DNA of 64,000 nt. It comes from Nitrosopumilaceae archaeon. GTDB lineage: Archaea; Thermoproteota; Nitrososphaeria; Nitrososphaerales; Nitrosopumilaceae. Under the pieces are notes generated by a model that saw only the letters and a list, made by a program, of their open reading frames with translations, had not been told where the DNA came from and did not search any database. Where the stretch lies: positions 96,001-160,000 of the forward strand of contig CBDBCR010000001.1 of NCBI GenBank assembly GCA_965203465.1, read 5' to 3'. The translations under genes and the position numbers were made by a program. This document shows, piece after piece, positions 9,234-17,986 of the stretch; the first letter of the stretch is position 1, and each line of letters begins with the position of its first letter.

Positions 9234-10659
9234 GCAGCGCCGCGGCGACGGGCGCGCCGGCGTAGATTCCGGCGTTGGCCAGCAGCGCCAGGGAGCCTAG
9301 GACGAGGAACTGCGCCTCGGTCTGCGCGTAAGAGACGACGCCCAGCGTGTGCACCATGGGCACAGCTGCCGCCCCCACGATCTGGCGCAGCGCGGGGCTC
9401 TGCCTCTCCAGATCCGCCAAGGCCGGCGAGAACGAATAGTAGGCGGCGTTGAACGCGGACAGGAACGCGGCGCCGGCCCCGGTGCCCGCCAGGTCCTGGC
9501 GCGCCTCGCGCAGCTTCTGCACGGCGGGGGCAAGCTCGGTGCCGTAGGCCGCCGTAGCTACGAGGCAGCCGCCTCCGGCCTCGGCGCCCTCGAACTCCAT
9601 GCTCGCGAGCACCCCGTCGTAGGCGGCCAGGAGCCTTTCGTGGTCCGGCGCGGTCGACGTGAACGAGACATAGTAGGCGCGATCGCCGGAGACCACGGCC
9701 GTGTCCGTGAACCGCACGTCGAGGCCCATCACCGCGCTCTGGGCCGAGACCGTCGAGGCCTCGAGGCCGCCGGCCGTGGAGCCGCGCTCGGAGAGTATCT
9801 CCAGGCTGCCGGCGTCTATGGCGTTCTGGAGCTCTTCCATCCTGTCCGAGGCTATCTGGTCGAGCGTCTTGCCGTCGGACGGCAGTACCGTGAACGATAT
9901 GGACGGGGGCAGCCCGGGCCCGGGCAGCAACACGGCCACGTCCGGCGCGTTCTCGCCGGTCGGCTCCTGCAGGATCCAGCCCGCCGGCGGCTCGAACGAA
10001 AAGCCCAGCTCTGAGCTGCTGTACTTTTCGGGCGCCTCCGCGCCGGGCGCGGCGCCGGTTCGCGCCGGCTCGCCCAGCTCCAAAAGCCTCAGCTCCGAGG
10101 CTGAGGCGTGGCGCGCGGATTCAAGGACGGCCGACTGCCACTCGACGGGGCGGTCCCCCGCGTCGGTCGGCAGCGCCGCGATGCGGTCGAGCGCGTCGAG
10201 GCCCTGCTGCGTGACCACCCTCCCGAAGACTGTGTACTGGCCGTCCAGAAAGTTGGAGTCCGCGTGCACTATGAAGAACTGCGAGCCGGCGCTGTCCGGA
10301 TCCGCCGAGCGGGCCATCGATACGATGCCGCGCACGTGCTGTATGTCGTTGAACTCTTGGTCAAGGTTGGACGGGCCGCCGGTACCCCACATGTCCTTTG
10401 TCGACTCGCCCTCGCGTGTGAGCGGATCGCCGCCCTGTATCATAAAGCCCGGTATTATCCGGTGGAAGAGCGTCCCGTCGTAGAACTTTTCGGAGGCAAG
10501 ATCTGCAAAGTTGGCAGCGTGGCGCGGGGCGTCGTCCCAGAACAGCTCTATGGCTATCTGGCCGGCGCTGGTCTCGAGCACCACGAACTCGGGCTGCTGG
10601 GCAGAGGCCAGCGGGACGGCAACGCAGGCAAGGGCGGCCAGCAGCAGGGGGATCCTCAC
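9178..10659 (-). CDS. Secreted cyclophilin-type PPIase + PsbP-like domain + CFI-box-CTERM anchor
   Basis: FHRIIPGFMIQGGDP, SMARSADPDSAGSQFFI, YTVFG; C-terminal GGGCLVATAAYGT. Confidence 0.9.
   Translation of the reverse strand: MRIPLLLAALACVAVPLASAQQPEFVVLETSAGQIAIELFWDDAPRHAANFADLASEKFYDGTLFHRIIPGFMIQGGDPLTREGESTKDMWGTGGPSNLDQEFNDIQHVRGIVSMARSADPDSAGSQFFIVHADSNFLDGQYTVFGRVVTQQGLDALDRIAALPTDAGDRPVEWQSAVLESARHASASELRLLELGEPARTGAAPGAEAPEKYSSSELGFSFEPPAGWILQEPTGENAPDVAVLLPGPGLPPSISFTVLPSDGKTLDQIASDRMEELQNAIDAGSLEILSERGSTAGGLEASTVSAQSAVMGLDVRFTDTAVVSGDRAYYVSFTSTAPDHERLLAAYDGVLASMEFEGAEAGGGCLVATAAYGTELAPAVQKLREARQDLAGTGAGAAFLSAFNAAYYSFSPALADLERQSPALRQIVGAAAVPMVHTLGVVSYAQTEAQFLVLGSLALLANAGIYAGAPVAAALLTKSLGRRPLSARRARAA
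9251..9573. repeat. Direct repeat copy 1 (encodes CFI-box-CTERM); copy 2 at 14034-14356
   Basis: About 323 bp with about 14 mismatches by manual alignment. Confidence 0.9.
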
Positions 10660-10725
10660 GCGGGCGGGCCCGGGCACCCCGCATAAAACATTTGGTTTTT
10701 GGTTAGGGGCGCCAACCTGTTCTGC

Positions 10726-10791
10726 CGGTCATGGAAGATTTCGCCCATGCCTGCATGGCGCGCGAAGGGGAGGCGAAATTTTCAATGACCG
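10726..10791. repeat. 20-bp imperfect inverted repeat (hairpin)
   Basis: CGGTCATGGAAGATTTCGCC ... GGCGAAATTTTCAATGACCG. Confidence 0.75.
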
Positions 10792-10914
10792 ATAAAATGG
10801 GTAAACGCCCGGCTGGCTCAAATCGGCCGCTCTGGTCATCGCGTAGGTGCGGTGGGCACTGCAACGAAGGCCCTCTTGGGTACACGGAGGAATTTGCCAC
10901 CCGTGTGCGGTAGG

Positions 10915-11757
10915 CTACAGAGAGGCGGTACGCTCTGCAACAAACAGCGACTTGGCGGCTTTCTCAAAGAGGTCCAAGAATCCTTCTTCTGCCGTCTTTT
11001 TTAAGCTCACAGTTGAAACGGTGTGCAACAAGCCATAGCGTGCAAAGTATATTCCCGCCGAGGACAGATCCACATTTTCTTTATCGTTTATCCTACCGAG
11101 CCGCGACAAAAGATAGTAGCCGATGAGTTGGTTGTACATGTCTTGCTTGAACGACAGTGTTTTTGTCGTCTTTATGTCTATCAACACGCCATCGATAATA
11201 AGGTCAGCGTCTGCGCCGCTTACAAGTGATGACGCTTCGCCGAAGTTCGGATTCAAGTAGCATGTTTGCGACGGCTTCGGAAAACAGCGCACTGCCACAG
11301 TCAGAAGGTTGCGCAAATCCTCCACATCCGCATTTTCCGCAGTGACAAAATCGTATGTCCTGCCAGTCCTATAAAACACATCAAGCTGTACCAGATCAAA
11401 CGCGCTACGGATTAAATCGTCGCCAACCTTCCCTGTATCCAAGTAATTGTGGTGAGCGGTTTGGGCCGCGCGTAGTTTGGATTTTGCGTCCGCCAACCAA
11501 CCTTTGTCATATTCAATTGCGCCACGATCCAGTGCGGTAATTGCGTGTTCAGCTATCCATTTAGTAGTAACAGATGGAGCAAAAGTTCGCTCCAAGTGGA
11601 AGCGCAACAGGTAATCAAACGCGGTGCCAATATGGCTCGCCCGCCCGCTGATCGGCGGTGCAAGCAGGTCGCCCTCAAGGCGGGGTTTTGCCACGGGAAA
11701 CGCCTCTTTGAACATGGCCTTTATCGGGGCCAGTTTGAGCATTTGTGTTAACGACAT
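10915..11757 (-). CDS. PD-(D/E)XK (RecB-like) nuclease family protein in a low-GC islet
   Basis: GADADLIIDGVLIDIKTT and QLIGY motifs; AT-richer than the flanks. Confidence 0.75.
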   Translation of the reverse strand: MSLTQMLKLAPIKAMFKEAFPVAKPRLEGDLLAPPISGRASHIGTAFDYLLRFHLERTFAPSVTTKWIAEHAITALDRGAIEYDKGWLADAKSKLRAAQTAHHNYLDTGKVGDDLIRSAFDLVQLDVFYRTGRTYDFVTAENADVEDLRNLLTVAVRCFPKPSQTCYLNPNFGEASSLVSGADADLIIDGVLIDIKTTKTLSFKQDMYNQLIGYYLLSRLGRINDKENVDLSSAGIYFARYGLLHTVSTVSLKKTAEEGFLDLFEKAAKSLFVAERTASL

Positions 11758-11909
11758 AGCATCCCCCCACAACGGGGTCTTATAGGGCTAGCGAAGTAGT
11801 TGGCGCCCGGATTGTTGGGGGGCGGCTCTACCCGAAACCGAACAGTGCTCCTGCCCAGCGCCGGTTGGTTAACTAACCATTTTTAACGCCTCGCGCCCGC
11901 GCCGCCCGC

Positions 11910-12395
11910 GTGGACGAGCAGATACAGGCGCACGTGGTCTCGGTCTGGAGGGAGCCCAAAAAGCTGCTCGCCCTGCACGGCAGGGAGGGCATGCTGGTCC
12001 TGACGAACAGGCGGCTCGGCTTCATACACCGCACCGAGTCGAAGGCCAGGTGGTGGGAGGCCGTCGTGGGCAGGCAGGCGCTGGGGCTGCTGCGCGACCC
12101 GGGCCTGATGAACGTGCACGACGGGTACGGGGCGGCCGAGTTTTCCCAGGACGCAGAAAACGAGAAAAACACGGTGATCGGGTTCGGCGACATAGCCGAC
12201 ATCGGCCACGCCGAAAAGGCGTGGGGCAGCGTCATGACCATGTCGTACGAACTGGGCGGCCGGGCCGAAAAGCACGACTATTCGATAGTGAGGGACTGGG
12301 TAAAGTACCCCGTAAAGGCGCCGACCAGCTACATGAAGGCGGACTGGGAGCCGTTCGTGCGGTACGTGCGCGACAGGCAGGGCGCCAGGCCGTGA
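11910..12395 (+). CDS. Hypothetical protein, possibly PH/GRAM-like fold
   Basis: EGMLVLTNRRLGF motif; ends overlapping the cbiE start. Confidence 0.7.
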   Translation: MDEQIQAHVVSVWREPKKLLALHGREGMLVLTNRRLGFIHRTESKARWWEAVVGRQALGLLRDPGLMNVHDGYGAAEFSQDAENEKNTVIGFGDIADIGHAEKAWGSVMTMSYELGGRAEKHDYSIVRDWVKYPVKAPTSYMKADWEPFVRYVRDRQGARP

Positions 12396-13105
12396 AGGTG
12401 TACGCGGTCGGCATAGGGCCCGGCTCACGCGAGTGCATGACAGGCGAGGCGGTCAGCGCCGTGATGGAGAGCGACCTGGTGATAGGGTACGCCCACACGC
12501 TCGAGGCGCTGGGCGAGCTGCTGGACGGCAAAAAGACGGTCACCGTGACCATGTCCAGCCAGGAGGAGGCCTACCAGGAGGCGCGCAGGATCGGGCGCGG
12601 CACGCTGCTCGTGCCGTTCGCCGGCGACGCCTCGTTTTCGGAATCCGAGGTGGTGGACAGGCTCGTCGAGATATTCGGCGACGTCGAGGTGGTGCCGGGG
12701 GTAAGCTCGGTGCAGGCCGCCGCCGCGCGCGCCGGCGTGCCGCTGGACCGCGCGCGCGTCATCACCATGCACGTGACCGGCGACATCGAGGAGAAGAAAC
12801 TCGAGATGCTAAAGGCCTTGATAGACGGGCTCGGCGTGGTGCTGGTGCCGCGGCCGTGGCCCTCCGATCCGGAAAGAAACTTCATGCCCTCCGAGGCGGC
12901 CCGGTACCTGAGGGCGCGCGGCCTGGACACGTCCGGCGTCAGGGCGCGCGTGTACGAATCGCTCACGCTGGCCGGCGAGACCGCGTTCGACGGGACCGTA
13001 AAGATGCTGGAGGGGAGGGAGTTTTCGGCGCTCTGCGTGGCGGTGCTCGGCGGCCCCGAGCCGGACTCTTACATGAACTACCGGTGGCAGTGGGAAAAGC
13101 CCTAG
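12392..13105 (+). CDS. cbiE: Cobalt-precorrin-7 / precorrin-6Y C5-methyltransferase
   Basis: VYAVGIGPG, GDASFS, VVPGVSSVQAAAAR, VYESLT; GTG start at 12392. Confidence 0.85.
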   Translation: MKVYAVGIGPGSRECMTGEAVSAVMESDLVIGYAHTLEALGELLDGKKTVTVTMSSQEEAYQEARRIGRGTLLVPFAGDASFSESEVVDRLVEIFGDVEVVPGVSSVQAAAARAGVPLDRARVITMHVTGDIEEKKLEMLKALIDGLGVVLVPRPWPSDPERNFMPSEAARYLRARGLDTSGVRARVYESLTLAGETAFDGTVKMLEGREFSALCVAVLGGPEPDSYMNYRWQWEKP

Positions 13106-13941
13106 GAGGGCACCAGCACTATCACGAGCACCCGCATCCGCGGATCGTCCGGATCCACGAAGCGGTGCGTGCCCGGCTCGTCGAACGTGACGCCGGCCGA
13201 GCCGCCCGGCCGGACGAGCAAGTCGGTCTTGCCGTCGTGCACCACGTTGCAGCCGCCGGTCCTGCCCGGCCTTATCTTTACAAAGTCGGCCGGCGTCTCG
13301 GCGGTGGTGCACGGCACCCCCGAGGTCGGGTTGCGCTCGTTGGTCACGGTCCCGCTCACGATGCGGCGCGTCTCCGTGTCCCCGTTGACGAACGCGAGGG
13401 TCTGCCCGCGCGTCATGCTCAGCTGCGTCGGCTCAAAGTTGGAGTCGGGGCCCGGCGTTATCCGCACGGTCGCGTCGGCGTCGGCCGGCGCCTGCGCGCC
13501 CGCCTCCTGCGCTACCCGCGCCACCCAGGCCACGCGGTGGGACTGGCCGCCCTCCGAGAGCCTGCCCGAGAAAAAGTACAGCCAGTTGTCGCCCTCTCGG
13601 CCCACCAGCTTGCCGAGCGCCCCCAGGCCCGCGCTGCCCGCAGACGAGTCGAGCTCGGCCGAGACGCGCAGGAACCTGCCCTCGCGCATGGACGCCGCCT
13701 CGGCCGAGCTCACCGAGTAGGTGTTTTCCGAAGAGACCGTGCCCGAGATCGAGAACGGGACTTCGCCGCCGGAGGCCGGGCCGGTCTCCAGCGAGAGGCT
13801 CGCCGTGAAACGGACGGGCGGGCCCTCCTGCAGAACGTAGCCGGATCCGACCGCCTCGAATCCAGAGTCGGGCTCCAGCGCGGCCGCCGGCGCCATAGCT
13901 GCAAGGGCCAGCGCGGCCAGCGCCGGCATAAGCTGCCTCAC
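13102..13941 (-). CDS. Secreted protein with C-terminal cupredoxin-like domain
   Basis: Signal peptide; FEPTQLSMTRGQTLAFVNGD...PGGSAGVTFDEPGTHRFVDPDDPRM. Confidence 0.7.
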   Translation of the reverse strand: MRQLMPALAALALAAMAPAAALEPDSGFEAVGSGYVLQEGPPVRFTASLSLETGPASGGEVPFSISGTVSSENTYSVSSAEAASMREGRFLRVSAELDSSAGSAGLGALGKLVGREGDNWLYFFSGRLSEGGQSHRVAWVARVAQEAGAQAPADADATVRITPGPDSNFEPTQLSMTRGQTLAFVNGDTETRRIVSGTVTNERNPTSGVPCTTAETPADFVKIRPGRTGGCNVVHDGKTDLLVRPGGSAGVTFDEPGTHRFVDPDDPRMRVLVIVLVPS

Positions 13942-13993
13942 GGTACTGTTGCGCGGCGGGGCAATATATGGCGCGTGGCGAAAAAACATTGAC

Positions 13994-15871
13994 CTAGGCC
14001 GCGTTTTTCTTCCACCACAGCGCCAGGGCTGCCGGCGCGCCGGCGTAGATTCCGGCGTTGGCCAGCAGCGCCAGGGAGCCGAGGACGAGGAACTGCGCCT
14101 CGGTCTGCGCGTAAGAGACGACGCCGAGCGTGTGCACCATGGGCACAGCTGCCGCCCCCACGATCTGGCGCAGCGCGGGGCTCTGCCTCTCCAGGTCCGC
14201 CAAGGCCGGCGAGAACGAATAGTAGGCGGCGTTGAACGCGGTCAGGAACGCGGCGCCGGCCCCTGTGCCCGCCAAGTCTTGGCGTACTTCGCGCAGTTTC
14301 TGCACGGCGGGGGCAAGCTCGGTGCCGTAGGCCGCCGTGGCCACAAGGCAGCCGCCGCCCTGCTCGGCGCCCTGGGCAGAGGCGAGCGGCACTATCGAGC
14401 CGCGGTCGTAGTAGGACGCGTTGCGCCAGCCGTCGGAGAATTCCCATATGGCGTATTTTATGTGCGCGAGGTCGCCGTTTTCGTTGAGCTCGAAGCTTTC
14501 CCCGACGGTGCCCTCCGAGGCTCCGGGCAGCGCCGCGCGCATCGCGGCGGGGTCGCCGTCGGCGTATTCGGCCGCGTTGCCCAGCGCCATCACCGAGTTG
14601 TACGCGGACGCAGAGTACACCGTGGCCCCCTCGAGCCCGTCGAGCGCCCCGAGGTTCTCGTACATGGCCGGCTGCACCGACGTAAAGCGCACCGCCTCGG
14701 CAAACTCGGCGCCGGCCCCCGAGACGGGCGGCGTGACCGTGTTGGCGTCGGCGCCGAACCAGCGCGCCTGCGCGCCCGCCGCCGACGAGGCGGCCTCGAC
14801 GAACCCGGCCGTCTCTTCAAATCCCACGTATACGACCGCGAGCGGCGGGCACCCGCCTTCGCAGGCGGCCCCGAGGGCCGAGGCCAGCTCCGCCACCGCG
14901 GGATCGTAGTCTGTCCCCCCGTACAGTATCCTGCCCAGAACCTCGGTGCCGGCAGACTCTATGCGCGGCTCCGTCTGGTCAAAGAGCTCCGTTATCCACG
15001 GATCGTCCCTGCCGACCGTTATCGCCGCGGCCGGCCCGGCCGCCGTCACGACGGCCGCGAGCGCCTCGCCGTGGTTGGAGTGGTCCGGCACTGCCCGGAA
15101 CAGCGTGTCCGGCGCGGAGTGGGACACGGTCACGGAGCAGCAGCTGAACAGCACCGAGTCGCGCGAGCGCGGATCCTGCATCACCCGCTCCACCGAGTCG
15201 TCGATGGAGGGGCCGGCGAACACGCGCACGCCCGAATCGTACAGCTCGGCGAACGCCCGGGCGCCCTCCTCGGCCGAGGTGGCCGAGTCGCGCGCCTCCA
15301 AGACCAGGTGGGCCAGCCGGCGCTCCCTTGCGTTAAAGTCGGCCGCGGCAAGCTCCATGGCCTCCATGATTCCGGCCCCGTAGCCGGCAGCCCCGCCGCT
15401 GAGCGGCGCGATGGCGCCGATCCTGACTATGGGCATGTACACGCCGCTGCCGAACGCGTACCCGTCGTGCAGGACCAGGCGCGATCTCTTCATCTCTTCC
15501 GCGCCGGTGGCCGGGTTGGCGAACCGGTATTCCACCCACGCAGAGCCTTCCGAGTCCAGCTCGGCGTTGATCTCCTCGATCGTCTTGTCCGCGTCCACCA
15601 AGTCCAGGCCCGAGGCGCCCACCAGGGCCGGGTCGGAGCCGTGCGCCACGATGCGCCCGTCCCTGTCGAGCACGAACAGGTAGTACTCGTCGGAGGACTC
15701 GCGGGTCAGCCCCTCCAGGCCCGCCTCGTCGTAGGCGGCCAGGCCCGCCTCGATCACGCCCGCCATCCGGTCGTACGGAGGGGGCTCGGGCGTGGTCGCC
15801 TCGGCGGCGCTCCATCCCAACAGGGCGGGGCCGGCCAAGGCGCAGGCCAAAACTACGTACGCTGGACGCAA
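13994..15871 (-). CDS. Cache domain + branched-chain-amino-acid-type substrate-binding protein + CFI-box-CTERM
   Basis: YYLFVLDRDGRIVAHGSDPALVG...WVEYRFANPATG (Cache); IGAIAPLSG...FAGP (type I PBP); GGGCLVATAAYGT. Confidence 0.85.
   Translation of the reverse strand: MRPAYVVLACALAGPALLGWSAAEATTPEPPPYDRMAGVIEAGLAAYDEAGLEGLTRESSDEYYLFVLDRDGRIVAHGSDPALVGASGLDLVDADKTIEEINAELDSEGSAWVEYRFANPATGAEEMKRSRLVLHDGYAFGSGVYMPIVRIGAIAPLSGGAAGYGAGIMEAMELAAADFNARERRLAHLVLEARDSATSAEEGARAFAELYDSGVRVFAGPSIDDSVERVMQDPRSRDSVLFSCCSVTVSHSAPDTLFRAVPDHSNHGEALAAVVTAAGPAAAITVGRDDPWITELFDQTEPRIESAGTEVLGRILYGGTDYDPAVAELASALGAACEGGCPPLAVVYVGFEETAGFVEAASSAAGAQARWFGADANTVTPPVSGAGAEFAEAVRFTSVQPAMYENLGALDGLEGATVYSASAYNSVMALGNAAEYADGDPAAMRAALPGASEGTVGESFELNENGDLAHIKYAIWEFSDGWRNASYYDRGSIVPLASAQGAEQGGGCLVATAAYGTELAPAVQKLREVRQDLAGTGAGAAFLTAFNAAYYSFSPALADLERQSPALRQIVGAAAVPMVHTLGVVSYAQTEAQFLVLGSLALLANAGIYAGAPAALALWWKKNAA
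14034..14356. repeat. Direct repeat copy 2 (CFI-box-CTERM coding)
   Basis: Near-identical to 9251-9573. Confidence 0.9.
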
Positions 15872-15904
15872 CGGCCGCGGCGGGGAGGGGCGCGTTAATA
15901 GGCG

Positions 15905-16468
15905 TTATGAAAGCGGCCCGGCCACCTGCGGCACGCCCGAGCCCAGGTTCAGCATCGCCGACTCTACGTACGCGCCGGCCAGCAGCAGGGCCAGCACGAC
16001 GCCCACCTCGATGGCCGCCGGCACCAGCTGCCTGACCACCGGCATGCGGCCGGCCATGGCGCCGAACAGCATCGCGCTGCGCGAGAGCGCGATAGAGTAG
16101 GCCACCAGCTCCATTATCCCGAAGGGCGACAGGTACAGTATGGCCAGCGGGGGGATCTGGGCCAGCTGCGGCGCGGTCGTGTATATGGCGGCCACCGCGT
16201 AGCCGGTGGCCCACGCCGCGTACAGCCCCCACGCGAGGCCCGCCAGGGGTATGAACATGGGCAGCGCCAGCGCGCTGTTGTGGAAGAATATGCCCGGCGC
16301 GTCGATGCCGGCTATGAGCGCGTTGAACTGCTCGACGAACTCGGCGGCCTCCTCGTCTTGGACCTCCGAGACCGAGCCTACGTAAAAAACGGTGGTAAAG
16401 GCCGCCAAGACAGCCGCGAACGAGACGATCCGGGGGCTGAGCAACGCGGCGGCCCGGGCCCGGATCAT
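15905..16468 (-). CDS. SpoIIM-like (DUF95) membrane protein
   Basis: IFFHNSALALPMFIP...PFGIMELVAYSIA; ATG start at 16468. Confidence 0.8.
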   Translation of the reverse strand: MIRARAAALLSPRIVSFAAVLAAFTTVFYVGSVSEVQDEEAAEFVEQFNALIAGIDAPGIFFHNSALALPMFIPLAGLAWGLYAAWATGYAVAAIYTTAPQLAQIPPLAILYLSPFGIMELVAYSIALSRSAMLFGAMAGRMPVVRQLVPAAIEVGVVLALLLAGAYVESAMLNLGSGVPQVAGPLS

Positions 16469-16519
16469 ATTTGAGGCTTGGCGCGCATCTTTTAATTTGA
16501 GCCGCCCCGCCCCGCCCCG

Positions 16520-17986
16520 TTGAGCAACGAGTCGGTCGCGCTCGGCTACGCGCTGAAGAGCGGCTTCCAGATACACCCGGCCGCCATGGACGTGCTCAAG
16601 AGGGCCAACCCCCACGACCTCAAGAGGGTGGTGCTCAACCTCATCAGGGAGAACAGCAAAAAGCGCGTCTACGAGATAAGCCTGGGCGACGTGGAGGCCG
16701 CCTTCGGCCTGAGGGACGACGGGCCCATCGAGGCCGAGTACCGGGTGCTGTTCGATCCGACCGGCAGGACCGCCTCGGCCGAGGGCGCCGAGGGGTACGC
16801 GGCCCTCTTTGCCAGCAGGTTCCACAAGATGCGCGCGCTCTTTTCGGGCAGGCCGGAGGCCAGGTCGATAAAACCCATATCCAAGGTGGTGCCGGTCGGC
16901 TCCGCCTCGAGGCCCGAGCTCAAGGCGTTCGGCGAAGCGCAGGAGGCCAGGGAGGACGCCGAGGCGTACACGTGCGGGCTGGTCACCGAGCGCGCCCTGG
17001 ACGGCGAGGCCGTAAAGCTGGTCATAGAGGACATGAGCGGGACCATGGAGGTCTCTGCGCGCGACGAAAAGGTGAGGGAGGCCGCAGAGGCCCTGCTGCT
17101 CGACCAGTTCGTGGTGGTAAGGACCGTGCGCGGCCGCGGCAGGACGCGCTCTGCCAAGGAGATAATACTGCCCGACATACCCGACAGGGAGCAGGCCAGA
17201 TCCGAGACCGACGCGCACGCCGTCTTCGTCTCCGACCTGCACATAGGCAGCAAGCTCTTCATGGAGAAGGAGTTTTCCGAGTTCGCCGCCTGGCTCGGCT
17301 CGCCGGATCCGGTGGCCAAGAAGGTGCGGTTCATGCTTATCGGGGGGGACGCGGTGGACGGCGTGGGCATATACCCCAACCAGGAAAAGGAGCTCGACCA
17401 GCAGACGCTCGGGGAGCAGATGGAAAAGCTCGACGAGATGGTCTCGCTGGTGCCGGCCCACGTGGAGATATTCGTCATCACGGGCAACCACGATCCGGGC
17501 AGGCGGGCCCTGCCGCAGCCGGCCATCCCCCGGGCGTACTGCGGCCGGCTGGCCGACAGGAAGAACGTCCACCTGCTGGGCAACCCCGCCATGGTCTCGC
17601 TCAACGGGGTCAAGGTGCTCATGTTCCACGGCCAGAGCATAGACGACATCGTAAAGACGATGCCCGGCGTCAGCTACCAGCAGCCGACCAAGATAATGAG
17701 GTACCTGCTCATGGCCAGGCACGTGAGCCCCACGTACGGGGCCATGACGCCCATAGCGCCCGAGGCCGAGGACATGCTCGTCATGGACCAGGTGCCCGAC
17801 GTGTTCCACACCGGCCACGTCCACTGCATGGGGATAGAGCGTTACAAGAACGTGGTGATGATCAACGCCGGCACATGGCAGAGGCAGACCGCGTTCCAGG
17901 CCGGCGTCGGCGTGGAGCCGACCCCCGGCATAGCCGTGGTGCTCAACCTGCGCACCATGCAGGCCGGCGAAGTCCGCTTTACATGA
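16520..17986 (+). CDS. polD1: DNA polymerase D small (proofreading) subunit DP1
   Basis: SDLHIGS, GDAVDGVGIYPNQ, GNHD, FHG, HTGHVH phosphoesterase motifs. Confidence 0.95.
   Translation: MSNESVALGYALKSGFQIHPAAMDVLKRANPHDLKRVVLNLIRENSKKRVYEISLGDVEAAFGLRDDGPIEAEYRVLFDPTGRTASAEGAEGYAALFASRFHKMRALFSGRPEARSIKPISKVVPVGSASRPELKAFGEAQEAREDAEAYTCGLVTERALDGEAVKLVIEDMSGTMEVSARDEKVREAAEALLLDQFVVVRTVRGRGRTRSAKEIILPDIPDREQARSETDAHAVFVSDLHIGSKLFMEKEFSEFAAWLGSPDPVAKKVRFMLIGGDAVDGVGIYPNQEKELDQQTLGEQMEKLDEMVSLVPAHVEIFVITGNHDPGRRALPQPAIPRAYCGRLADRKNVHLLGNPAMVSLNGVKVLMFHGQSIDDIVKTMPGVSYQQPTKIMRYLLMARHVSPTYGAMTPIAPEAEDMLVMDQVPDVFHTGHVHCMGIERYKNVVMINAGTWQRQTAFQAGVGVEPTPGIAVVLNLRTMQAGEVRFT

Noticed and set aside
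10915-11757. Cas4 assignment for the nuclease
   Set aside because: Lacks the four-Cys Fe-S pattern and any CRISPR context
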